Below, piece after piece: positions 26,384-35,200 of a DNA stretch of 54,326 bases. Source of the DNA: an uncultured Clostridia bacterium (GTDB lineage: Bacteria; Bacillota; DTU025; MWDF01); the NCBI GenBank assembly GCA_964532805.1, contig CAZHKX010000002.1, forward strand, positions 1 to 54,326. Direction: 5' to 3'. Each line of letters starts with the position of its first letter. Position 1 is the stretch's first letter. Under the pieces are notes generated by a model. The model made no database searches. It had not been told where the DNA came from and saw only the letters and a list, made by a program, of their open reading frames with translations. A program made the translations under genes and the position numbers.

Positions 26384-27088
26384 ATGAATGGGAGCAGGAT
26401 AATGCTGAACATGGACAACTACAAGCCTCTAAGGGAGATCGTCTTCGAGGCGATGAGGGAGGCCATAGTGTCAGGAAGGCTCGCCCCCGGAGAAAGGCTT
26501 GTAGAAATCAAGCTTGCCGACGAGATGGGGGTATCCAGGACGCCGGTGCGCGAGGCCATAAGGAAACTCGAGCTGGAAGGCTTCGTCATCATGATGCAGA
26601 GGAAGGGAGCCTACGTCGCCGGACTGTCCCCGAAGGAGATAAGGGATGTCTTCGAGATAAGATCGACCCTTGAGAGCCTGGCAGCGCGCCTTGCTGCCGA
26701 GCGTATAAGCGAATTGCAGCTTGAACAGCTAAGAAGGCAGCTTGCCGACATAGAGGCCAAGATAAAGACCCATGAGCTGGAAGCGGTTGTGAAGTCGGAT
26801 ATCATCTTCCACGACATCCTCTTCAACGCATCAGGGAACGCAAGGCTCGTGACGATGCTTTCAAACCTCAGGGAGCAGATACACCGCTACCGCTCCATGT
26901 CGCTTTCATATCCCGGCCGCATGCTGATAGCCATGGACGAGCACAGGGCAATCGTGAAGGCGATAATTGCCCACGACCCGGAGGCGGCCGCGAAAGCAGC
27001 CCTGATGCACATGGAGAGCGCCGAGCACAGCCTCATCGAGGTTATGAAGAAGGTCCACATGTCAATAAACGATGAAAGAGAAGTGTGA
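26384..27088 (+). CDS. GntR-family transcriptional regulator (FadR/FCD subfamily)
   Basis: wHTH segment LAPGERLVEIKLADEMGVSRTPVREAIRKLELEGFV, with a helical FCD-like C-terminus. The ATG at 26384 has a GGTGAGGTG RBS. Confidence 0.85.
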   Translation: MNGSRIMLNMDNYKPLREIVFEAMREAIVSGRLAPGERLVEIKLADEMGVSRTPVREAIRKLELEGFVIMMQRKGAYVAGLSPKEIRDVFEIRSTLESLAARLAAERISELQLEQLRRQLADIEAKIKTHELEAVVKSDIIFHDILFNASGNARLVTMLSNLREQIHRYRSMSLSYPGRMLIAMDEHRAIVKAIIAHDPEAAAKAALMHMESAEHSLIEVMKKVHMSINDEREV

Positions 27089-27092
27089 TCAT

Positions 27093-27860
27093 ATGGCCGA
27101 GATGATGGAAGCGGTCCTTCTTGCGGGAGGCGTCAACAAGGGAAAGCTTGCCGAGTGTTCGAGCGAGCGCTGGGAAGCCCTGATAGATATCAACGGAAGA
27201 CCGATGGCGGCATATGTGGTCAAGGGGATGCTCGACAGCGGCATCATATCCCGCGTCATTATAAGCGGCCCCGAGGAACTCAAGGGAGCCCTGTCTGAGT
27301 TCGGCGACAAGGTGGTCCTGGTGAAGCCCGGTGAGAACCTCTTAAACAGCCTTCTTAACGCGCTGTCGGAGGTTAAGGGCGACAGGGCGATAATCGGCAC
27401 CGCCGACATCCCCCTGTTAACGGGGGAGGCCGTCAGGGAGATGGCCGAAGTCTGCGATAGGCAGAAGGCCGAGGTCTACTACGCCCTGGTCTATAAGGAT
27501 GATTATGACAGGGCGTATCCCGGAGGGGAAAGGACATATGTAAGGCTCAGAGACGGCATCCTGACCGGGGCGAATATTTTCCTTGCGTCCAAGGAGGCGA
27601 TACTTGCCCGCAAGGACATAATCTCAGACATGTATGCGAAGAGGAAGAATCCGGTGGCGATGGCTATATCCTTAGGCCTTGGCCCTATCATGCTCTTCAA
27701 GCTTGTCACCGGCAAAGTCTCCGTTAAGGAGATAGAGGCGATTGCAAGAAGGTCGTTCAAGCTGGAAGGCCGTGGGGTGAGGATAAGAAACGCGTCTGTC
27801 GCGATGGACGTGGACAAGCCATCCGACCTAGAGCTTGCGAAGAAGAACGCCAGATGGTGA
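27093..27860 (+). CDS. MobA-like NTP-transferase domain protein
   Basis: AVLLAGGVNKGKL nucleotide-binding loop and IGTADIPLL. The start (27093) is uncertain. Confidence 0.6.
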   Translation: MAEMMEAVLLAGGVNKGKLAECSSERWEALIDINGRPMAAYVVKGMLDSGIISRVIISGPEELKGALSEFGDKVVLVKPGENLLNSLLNALSEVKGDRAIIGTADIPLLTGEAVREMAEVCDRQKAEVYYALVYKDDYDRAYPGGERTYVRLRDGILTGANIFLASKEAILARKDIISDMYAKRKNPVAMAISLGLGPIMLFKLVTGKVSVKEIEAIARRSFKLEGRGVRIRNASVAMDVDKPSDLELAKKNARW

Positions 27861-27887
27861 TGCTTATTTGATTAAGGAGGACGGATT

Positions 27888-28271
27888 ATGAAGAAGATTG
27901 CGGTAAGCACGGACAGGGGCCCCAAGGCCATAGGTCCGTACAGCCAGGCGATAAAGGTGCCCGGGCTAATGTTCATATCGGGGCAGACGCCATTGGACCC
28001 GGCCACAGGGGAAGTGGTCGGAACCGAGATCAACGCTCAGACCGTAAGGGTCCTTGAGAATGTGAAGGGGATAGTCGAATCGCAGGGCCGCACGATGGCG
28101 GACGTGGTCAAGACGACAGTCTTCCTTAAGGATATGAACGACTTCGCGGCCATGAATAAAATATATGCGGGTTATTTCCCGGAGCCTGCCCCTGCAAGAT
28201 CGACCATCCAGGTCGCAAGGCTGCCGAAAGACGCCCTGGTAGAAATCGAAGCGATAATTGTACTGGAGTAG
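27888..28271 (+). CDS. ridA: RidA/YabJ-family reactive-intermediate deaminase
   Basis: PKAIGPYSQA...FISGQ...PARSTIQVARLPKDALVEIEAI. AAGGAGG RBS. Confidence 0.9.
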   Translation: MKKIAVSTDRGPKAIGPYSQAIKVPGLMFISGQTPLDPATGEVVGTEINAQTVRVLENVKGIVESQGRTMADVVKTTVFLKDMNDFAAMNKIYAGYFPEPAPARSTIQVARLPKDALVEIEAIIVLE

Positions 28272-28391
28272 AAACAAGTAATAAACACCAGCTAAAGGCC
28301 GATATCCTTCACTTTGGAAATAGAAGGATATAATTGCCAATTAGTAGAAATATACAAGCACCTACCAAGGTACTACAGCGGAGGTGCTTTC

Positions 28392-28676
28392 ATGGACATC
28401 ACTGACGTACGAGTCAGGAAGGTTGTCACAAATTCCCGAATGAAAGCCATCGCGACCATTACATTCGATGATTGCTTCGTAGTTCGCGACATCAAGGTCA
28501 TCGATGGCCAGAACGGCCTATTCGTGGCCATGCCCTCGAGGAAATCCGCAGACGGCCAGTTCAGAGACGTAGCCCACCCTATCAGGCAGGATTTCAGGGA
28601 CGTAATCGAAAGCAAGATTATAGACGTCTTCAAGAATCTGCCGGACGAGACTCCGGAGGAGGTGGAAAGGGCTTAA
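28392..28676 (+). CDS. spoVG: Regulator SpoVG
   Basis: ATG at 28392 with a GGAGGTG RBS. The sequence MDITDVRVRKV...MKAIATITFDDCFVVRDIKVIDGQNGLFVAMPSRK is typical SpoVG. Confidence 0.9.
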   Translation: MDITDVRVRKVVTNSRMKAIATITFDDCFVVRDIKVIDGQNGLFVAMPSRKSADGQFRDVAHPIRQDFRDVIESKIIDVFKNLPDETPEEVERA

Positions 28677-28726
28677 CGGATAATGCAATGTGCCTGTCCG
28701 CTGTGGTAGAATTTCAATGCTCCTGT

Positions 28727-28800
28727 TGGGGAGTCGCCAAGCGGTAAGGCACGGGACTTTGGATCCTGTACCGCAGGTTCGAATCCTGCCTCCCCAGCCA
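28727..28800 (+). tRNA. tRNA-Gln (anticodon UUG), CCA encoded
   Basis: Manual cloverleaf. Acceptor stem TGGGGAG/CTCCCCA. The D-arm TCGCCAAGCGGTAAGGCA is identical to E. coli tRNA-Gln. Anticodon stem CGGGA/TCCTG with loop CTTTGGA. T-arm GCAGG-TTCGAAT-CCTGC. Discriminator G followed by CCA. Confidence 0.9.
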
Positions 28801-28811
28801 GATGTATGAAC

Positions 28812-28840
28812 AAGCCGCCCTTGCGGGCGGCTTAATAATT
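28812..28840. terminator. Terminator hairpin after tRNA-Gln
   Basis: AAGCCGCCC-TTGC-GGGCGGCTT forms a 9-bp stem, followed by AATAATT. Confidence 0.5.
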
Positions 28841-28860
28841 CGGTAACTGGCTCTGCCTTT

Positions 28861-29358
28861 TTATCTCGAAAGGATTTTCGCTACAGGCGTTACGAGCAGA
28901 AGGACGCTGACAAGCCTTAGAAGCTGCATTATCGCCACGACAGGGGCGTTGGCGTTCATCTCCGCCGCCACCGACGAAAGTTCCGTCATTCCTCCGGGGG
29001 TTGAGCTGAAGATCGCGGTCATTACATCGAAGCCGAAATAGTGGTGCAGGATGAGTGCTATCGCGAAACCAGCCGCAAGAAGCACCCCTATCATGAGGGC
29101 AGCCGGCACGAAAAGCGACTTCAGCTGCTGCATAGTGATATTCCTCAGGCCGAAACCGAGAATCGCGCCTAGGATCACCTGTACTGCAGGCTTCGATATC
29201 TCAGGCAGGCGTCCGAGGTCGACCTTGAGAAACGATGCCGCGGCAACGGCCACCATAGCTCCCATCATGGCCCCGGAAGGGATTTTGAGCCTGTGGCCTA
29301 TGTATCCTCCCGCTGTGGCTACGGCCAGCGTTTTCAGCACCGAAATCAACTGCAGCAT
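28861..29358 (-). CDS. AbrB-family (putative ammonia-monooxygenase-like) membrane transporter, half-size
   Basis: 165 aa with about 5 TM helices. GGYIGHRLKIPSGAMMGAM and STPGGMTE motifs are typical of the membrane AbrB/AidB-regulated family. Confidence 0.65.
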   Translation of the reverse strand: MLQLISVLKTLAVATAGGYIGHRLKIPSGAMMGAMVAVAAASFLKVDLGRLPEISKPAVQVILGAILGFGLRNITMQQLKSLFVPAALMIGVLLAAGFAIALILHHYFGFDVMTAIFSSTPGGMTELSSVAAEMNANAPVVAIMQLLRLVSVLLLVTPVAKILSR

Positions 29359-29465
29359 GAGCAGAACCTCCCCCGACTGGAATACATCCTATATTATCCC
29401 ACTTTGTGCGCCTTACTGAGAGCGTTTCCTGCTAACTTGGATCAGGTGAGCCGAAGTGCATGAAG

Positions 29466-29494
29466 AAGGCGGCAAAGATAATCCCTGCCGCCTT
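29466..29494 (-). terminator. Putative terminator downstream of the peroxiredoxin gene
   Basis: AAGGCGGC / GCCGCCTT form an 8-bp stem with a 13-nt loop; the T-tract is weak. Confidence 0.3.
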
Positions 29495-29513
29495 GGACCG
29501 ATGCCCTATATGC

Positions 29514-30125
29514 CTATTCGTCGAAAGCTTCCTTCACGCTCCACACCTTCCAGACGTTTCCCACTAGGTCCGGGGATGGCTTCAACGTCTTCTTCCCTGG
29601 CTTCCAACCTGAAGGCATCGCCTCGGTGCCCTTTGAGGCGCGCACGTGCTGGAAAGCCTTAACCTGCCTTATCGTCTCGCTTACGTTTCTGCCGACTGGG
29701 GGAGTAAGCACCTCGAAACCCTGGACATTCCCGTCAGGATCGATTATGAAGCGGCCACGGGTCTCGATGCCGTCTTCCTCCGAGTAGATGCCGTACAGTT
29801 TCCCTATCTCACCGCCTGAATCGGAGAGCATGGGGAAGGGGATGTCCCGCCCTATCATCTTCGACAGTTCATGGTCGTTCCACATCTTGTGGACAAAATG
29901 GCTGTCTACGCTGCATGAAAGAATCTCAACCCCGAGGCTCTGGAACTCATCGAATTTCTCGGCAACTGCCGAGACCTCGGTCGCTCAGACGAAGGTGAAG
30001 TCTCCCGGATAGAAGCAAAGGACTACCCATTTGCCTTTGTACTCAGATAGGGTGACGTTCGCAAACTTCCCTTTGATGAACGCGGTAGCTGTGAAATCAG
30101 GGGCCGGCTTTCCAACCTTGATCAT
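29514..30125 (-). CDS. prxU: Selenocysteine-containing peroxiredoxin (AhpC/Prx family, PrxU-like); the UGA at 29985-29987 is read as Sec
   Basis: Two track ORFs (29985..30281 and 29514..29885) are in the same frame and separated only by one TGA. That TGA falls on the peroxidatic Cys of FYPGDFTFV-[TGA]-ATEV. The ATG at 30125 has an AAAGGAGGAG RBS. The downstream part [11 protein letters not shown]...[10 protein letters not shown] is typical Prx. See the SECIS feature. Confidence 0.75.
29958..29987 (-). promoter_or_regulatory. UGA codon plus bacterial SECIS-like hairpin
   Basis: On the minus strand: UGA, then 11 nt (GCGACCGAGGU), then CUCGGC-AGUU-GCCGAG. This is a perfect 6-bp stem with GU in the apical loop (29973..29958). 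Confidence 0.65.
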
Positions 30126-30376
30126 CTGCCTTATCTCCTCCTTTGGACCCTCAGCCGAGGCTTCCGGTTGTATTGCTGCAGTTCGCGGTCTCTTTTCAGG
30201 CCTTGAGCATCCCGCCCTGAACTCCTCCGGCATCTCTCGACCTCCTTTCAGAAAGGCTTGATTGCCTAATATGTACTTCAATTTTGTTTGAGCTTTTCCT
30301 TCCAGAGGCTTCCTTTAGGTGACGCACCAGCCTTCCTCGACGTTATAATGCATAGTAAACAAGCCAGTGCATACAG

Positions 30377-30823
30377 ATGGAGGAGATCTCTTTGGACGAT
30401 ATCGAAAAGAACGGAAATCTAAACGCCGAGGAGCAGCAGGCTCAGGCAAGTCCCGAAGCAAAGGAAGCGCTTAAGGCAACCGGAGCTGCCCCGCAGGGAG
30501 CCTACCAGAAGGAGCCGGAGGCTATCATAAACAAGGTTGCAAGGCACTTCCGCCTCTCGAACCTCATATACCTGTTGGGCGTGATACAGATGGCAGGCGG
30601 CGCAGTGCTGGGAGTGGTGCTATTCTTCGTAAGCTTGGCCGGATCCAGGGGCTATGGCTACTATTATTACGGGATCCCCAGGTTCTCTGGCATATTCAGC
30701 TCATTGCTCGCAGGCCTATTCATCTTCCTCGCCTTTGTGGTGAGCGGAGCCATGACTATGGGGTTCGGCAAGCTTGTCCAAGCCGCCGAGATATATATTC
30801 AGAGGCGGTCAAGGAAGGCCTGA
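30377..30823 (+). CDS. Hypothetical membrane protein (acidic N-terminus, 3 TM helices)
   Basis: 148-aa ORF with hydrophobic helices. There is no clear SD. It is followed by a strong terminator. Confidence 0.4.
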   Translation: MEEISLDDIEKNGNLNAEEQQAQASPEAKEALKATGAAPQGAYQKEPEAIINKVARHFRLSNLIYLLGVIQMAGGAVLGVVLFFVSLAGSRGYGYYYYGIPRFSGIFSSLLAGLFIFLAFVVSGAMTMGFGKLVQAAEIYIQRRSRKA

Positions 30824-30845
30824 TATAACCGAACTGAGATGATAA

Positions 30846-30880
30846 GGAATAGCCGCCCGGCAGAGGCGGCTATTCCTTCA
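30846..30880. terminator. Bidirectional terminator hairpin
   Basis: GGAATAGCCGCC / GGCGGCTATTCC form a perfect 12-bp stem with a 7-nt loop, followed by TTCAT. Confidence 0.6.
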
Positions 30881-30899
30881 TAAGCGAGGCAGTCGTCCG

Positions 30900-32138
30900 C
30901 TAGGACATTATGCGCTTCTCGCCTGTCAGAGCCCTGATCTCGCTTATCTCCTGCGAGACTTCCAGGGCACCTTTGTATGCGCCCTCTGCGTCGCGCACTG
31001 CGAAGTATCTGATGTAGACCATCATCCCCCGCATGTTGATCCAGAAATCCTCGTGGTCCTTGGCGCCGGACTTGAAATCGTTTAATATCTGCTCCACAAC
31101 AGCCATGCTCTTCGGCGGATGGCAGTTCTGCACAAGCCTTCCGATTATGGTCTTGTTCCTTGGGAAGATCCTCTCCTTGGAATTCGAGAAGTACCTTACC
31201 ACGTCGTTCTCGTCTATGAACGTGATATCCACGGGCATATGGTTCAGCATTAGTTCGGTCTGCTCAGGGGTCAGGAAGCCCGTCCCGAGGTTCACGGAAT
31301 GAGATATGCCGGCTGCCTCGTAACCGCCTTCTTCAGCGTCCTCGCCGATCGCCACCCTTGAAGGCTTCCACTTCGCGACAGGCTCAACTAGGCAATAGCC
31401 CAGCTCGTCGCTCTCCTTCTCTACTCTTACCCAGTCATCCTCGGTAAGGGCGTTGGTAATCATGGGGAACAGGATGTTCCTTTCTTTGAAGATCATATCT
31501 GTGACCTTCTGCGTAGCCTCGGAGGCGACTCTGATGGCCTCGGGGTTTCTTGCGATGAGGAGAGTCTTAGCCCCCTTGATGAGGGCTCTTATCTCGTCAT
31601 GCACGCCCCACATGACCTTGGGAGGAGCGGTGATGCCGGCTTTCTCCAGGAACGGGAACACGAGGTTCTCCTTCCTAAGGTAGTGCTTGTCCACATCGGC
31701 AAGCCCGTTCAAGGCCTCCAGCAGCTGGTAGCCGTTCGCCTCCGAATGGTCGGCGGAATATGCCTTGAGTGCAGGGACTAGCTTTTCGGCTATCAAGCTT
31801 TCGATGGCCTTGTTCTCGTTTTCCAGCTGGTTTAGGGGGTGCCCGGGGGTATTAAGCGCGCTCTTGGGAATGTGGATGTCTTCGATCGAAGTGCCCATGA
31901 TCGCGGCGTGTACATCGCACATCCTGGTTATCTCCTCAACCGGCATCCCCTCTGATACGAGCTTCGCCTCGATTGCGGCGATCTCTTCGGAGCTTACTCC
32001 TGCGAACAGGGCCTTGAACTCAGCGGTAACCTCTTCCTTCGACCTTCCGCGGTGCAGGTCCATGATAAGCCTCTGAAGGTGGTGCTGCCTTGCGGGGTCA
32101 AGCTTTCCTCCGGCTTCGTTGTGTATCATCTCGCTCAT
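30900..32138 (-). CDS. DUF438 / hemerythrin-like / PAS domain protein (putative O2/NO/redox sensor)
   Basis: 412 aa. N-terminus L..LI.DLH.G.S.EEV..EF (DUF438-like). Central HHE-type segments (CDVHAAIMG, VMWGVHDEIR). PAS-like C-terminus (ITFIDENDVVRYFS...R.......CHPPKS). Confidence 0.65.
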   Translation of the reverse strand: MSEMIHNEAGGKLDPARQHHLQRLIMDLHRGRSKEEVTAEFKALFAGVSSEEIAAIEAKLVSEGMPVEEITRMCDVHAAIMGTSIEDIHIPKSALNTPGHPLNQLENENKAIESLIAEKLVPALKAYSADHSEANGYQLLEALNGLADVDKHYLRKENLVFPFLEKAGITAPPKVMWGVHDEIRALIKGAKTLLIARNPEAIRVASEATQKVTDMIFKERNILFPMITNALTEDDWVRVEKESDELGYCLVEPVAKWKPSRVAIGEDAEEGGYEAAGISHSVNLGTGFLTPEQTELMLNHMPVDITFIDENDVVRYFSNSKERIFPRNKTIIGRLVQNCHPPKSMAVVEQILNDFKSGAKDHEDFWINMRGMMVYIRYFAVRDAEGAYKGALEVSQEISEIRALTGEKRIMS

Positions 32139-32176
32139 ATCTCTCTCCTCCTATGTGAATCCAATCTCGTGGAAAT

Positions 32177-32201
32177 ATATCCTACCGATATAGTAGGATA
32201 T
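32177..32201. repeat. Perfect 9-bp inverted repeat (possible operator or weak terminator)
   Basis: ATATCCTAC-7 nt-GTAGGATAT, located between the helicase stop (32248) and the DUF438 gene start (32138). Confidence 0.4.
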
Positions 32202-32247
32202 AGTTTCTTAAGAATCGGTAATATATATTACGGAGCGAGAAAATTCG

Positions 32248-35200
32248 TCATCCTATGGAAGCGGTCATAGCAATCGACGTGAAATCAGCAGGCATAGGAC
32301 GGTCAAGATGCCACCTGATACTTACCGGGCGATCCCCCTGGGCATCGACGAACCTTGCCGGGCCAAGGTATTTGTAGGGCATAGGCTTATTGAACTCGCC
32401 TGATTTTGTTTCCCTTACGAATAGCAGCACCTTACCGTTAATCCCGTCGCGCGACATGTACCTGGCGGCAGTATTGCTCTGCCTGGAAACAGTGCTTTGT
32501 GTCTGCCAGTGGAATAGGCTCGGGCTTATCGCGTAGTCCTTATACATTGTTGTCGGTGAGAAGCTCTTCTCATCTTTAAAAAGGTTAATAAGCAGGATAT
32601 CGGTGTCTAGCTCCTTAATGTGAAGCACACCTTCGCGGAAGTCAGGCTTCGATTTATCTGTGTACCTTCCTAATGCGGCCAATATCTGATCCCGCGTGTA
32701 GCTGCAGTGCAGATCGAGCGGGCATGTGTATCCGAGATCGAGTCTCTCGTCCACGAAAGTAATCCTGTCCCGGATGATTCTCAGGATCCCTGCTGCCTCA
32801 TCCTTCAATCCAGGATAATCTCCTAGCATCCCCAGGGCGCTTGCAGCATCCAGAAAACCCAAATCTGCTGGAGGGCGACCCCAGAGAGTGTAGTTAAGCA
32901 TAAGCAGCATGCGATTCTCTTCTGCTGTGAAAGAAGCCTCGTGTCTTCTATCGAGCACTGTAAGCGCAAAGTCGATTAATCTCCTCGAGTCACACTGCTG
33001 CAGACGAAAGAGGGCATTTCTCAGCTTGTCTTCGTCGTACGATGCTGAAGGCTGTGCAGGCAGAAGTCCCGCTTCACGACAGAAAGAGGAATACGTTCCC
33101 TTACTGTAGATGTCGGCAAGGCGTACGTTCGGATGGTCTGCGATGAACTCCTCAAGCGAAGGCGCCTTCCCCGCACCTTTATAGGTCCCAAGAGCCCTAA
33201 CGATATACTTCTTGTTCACGATGGCTCCCTGGATGTTGTCGAGCACGTGCTCCTGTGCGACTTTCTCCAAGCTTATGCTGCAGCCTCTCGGCAATGAGGG
33301 GAAGCCTTCCGAGACCTCCTCCTTTAGAGTGTGCCTTGTCCTCGAGAGCAAGGCGCGAAACTTGCTTTCGAAATCGTATTGAGAGTTTGCAGCACCGATA
33401 AAATCAAGCACAGTGAGCTCTGACTTCCCCTCGTATAGCCTTAGTCCCCTTCCAAGCTGCTGAAGAAATATGGTCAGGCTCTCTGTGGGCCTAAGCAGGA
33501 GTATCGTATTAACAAACGGTATATCGACTCCTTCGTTATAAAGGTCGACTGTGAATATGAATTTGATGTCACCATTTCTGAGCCTTCCTACTGTGGCCCC
33601 TCTTTCCTGTTGTGTCGACTTGCCCTCCAGCACCTTAGACATAATTCCGCTTCGGTTAAAGACGTCTGCCATGAATTCGGCATGCCTTAAGCTGGCGCAG
33701 AAGCCGAGCCCTCTAACATTTTCCAGGTCCGCGACATATTTCTCCACGGCATCTGCTATCAGCCTTGCCCTTGCTCCATCTCCTGTATAGATTCTCTCAA
33801 GCGTGCCGGCATCATACCTTCCCCTGGCAAACCTGACATCTCTCAAGTCCACGCTGTCTGCTATTCCGAAGTATTGAAATGGAACAAGAAGCTGCCTGTT
33901 GATGGCCTCCGGCAGCCGGATCTCAACTGCCATGCGCCCATCGAAGAACTCCTGGCAGATGTCCCTGCCGTCCATCCTCTCGGGAGTCGCCGTGAGGCCA
34001 AGAAGGATCTTCGGCTTGAAGTGAGCCAGTATTTGCCTGTAGCTGCCGGCAGCCGAATGATGAAACTCGTCGATGACGATGAAGTCGTAGAAATCCGGGG
34101 GGAGCGCTTCGCATAGCTGTTTCGAATTAATGCTCTGTATAGATGCGAAAAGATGATCGTAGGATGATAATTCAGCTTCCCCATAATAAAGCTCACCGAA
34201 GTTCTGGTCCAGCAGAACGTTTCTGTAGCAGCGAAGGCTTTGGTCAAGGATGTCTTTTCTGTGTGCGACGAAGAGAAAACGGCAACGAGAGCCCGGGTTC
34301 TTGGCAGTGAAGGCTTTGTAATCAAACGCGGAGATGACCGTCTTGCCGGTGCCTGTAGCAGCAACTAAGAGGTTGCTAGTCCTTCCGTGGATCACTCGTT
34401 CCGCCTCTAAGCGTTCGAGCACCTGTTTTTGAAACGGGAACGGTTGAATGACAAACAGGGGCTCATACACCATTCCGTCGCCTCTAGCCTCGGCTTTAAG
34501 GGCGGAGAGCAGCTTTCCTCTGTCAGATTCTGAGTAGCTTTGGAAGTCGGGATCGTTCCAGTATGTCTCGAAAGCGGCGTTAACCCCGGTGACGATATGT
34601 GGAAGGTCGTCGCTTGCTGCCTTCATGTTCCACTCGAGGCCGGATCCAAGGGCGGGGCCGCTAATGTTGGATGAGCCTATGTAAGCAGTGTCCATGCCGC
34701 TGGACCTGTGGAAGATGTAGGCTTTGGCATGAAGTCTGGTGGACCTTGTGTCGTAGTTCACCTTGAGCTGGGTATTACCGATTTTCATGAGCTCATCTAT
34801 GCACTTTATCTCGGTGGCGCCCATATAGCAGGTTGTTATTACACGTATCTTCCCCCGCTCTGAAAGGCGCCTCAGCTCGTCGATTATTAGCCTTAAGCCG
34901 CTCCAGCGAATGAACGAGACGAGTAAGTCCACGGAATCTGACGTAGCTATCTCCTTGCGCAGCTGACTTGCAAGAGAAGGCTCGCTTCCGGACCCCGTGA
35001 AGAGTGCAGAGACGGAGAGAGGCGTATCGGGTCTGTGGACCTTGCCGTCTGGAAGGGCGTAACGGCGTACGGCCCTGTTGAGCACAGCAAGGAGCTTCTC
35101 CATCTTATCGTCTATGAGCATGTCTAAGAGGCCTTCGTCGCCGGAGGCCGCAGACAGGCGACTGATTATGTCGTTGCAGATTGCAAGCTGCGCCTTCTCC

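Noticed and set aside
28325-28351. Sigma-H type promoter upstream of spoVG, as in B. subtilis
   Set aside because: An AGGATA element is present, but the downstream element reads GAAAT rather than GAAT and the spacing is off. A TATAAT (28329-28334) without a good -35 is equally plausible. Not callable.
29514-30281. Peroxiredoxin pseudogene broken by a nonsense mutation
   Set aside because: The single stop is a TGA exactly at the catalytic Cys codon. Both halves are in frame with intact Prx sequence. A SECIS-like hairpin sits 11 nt downstream. Selenocysteine recoding is therefore the better explanation.
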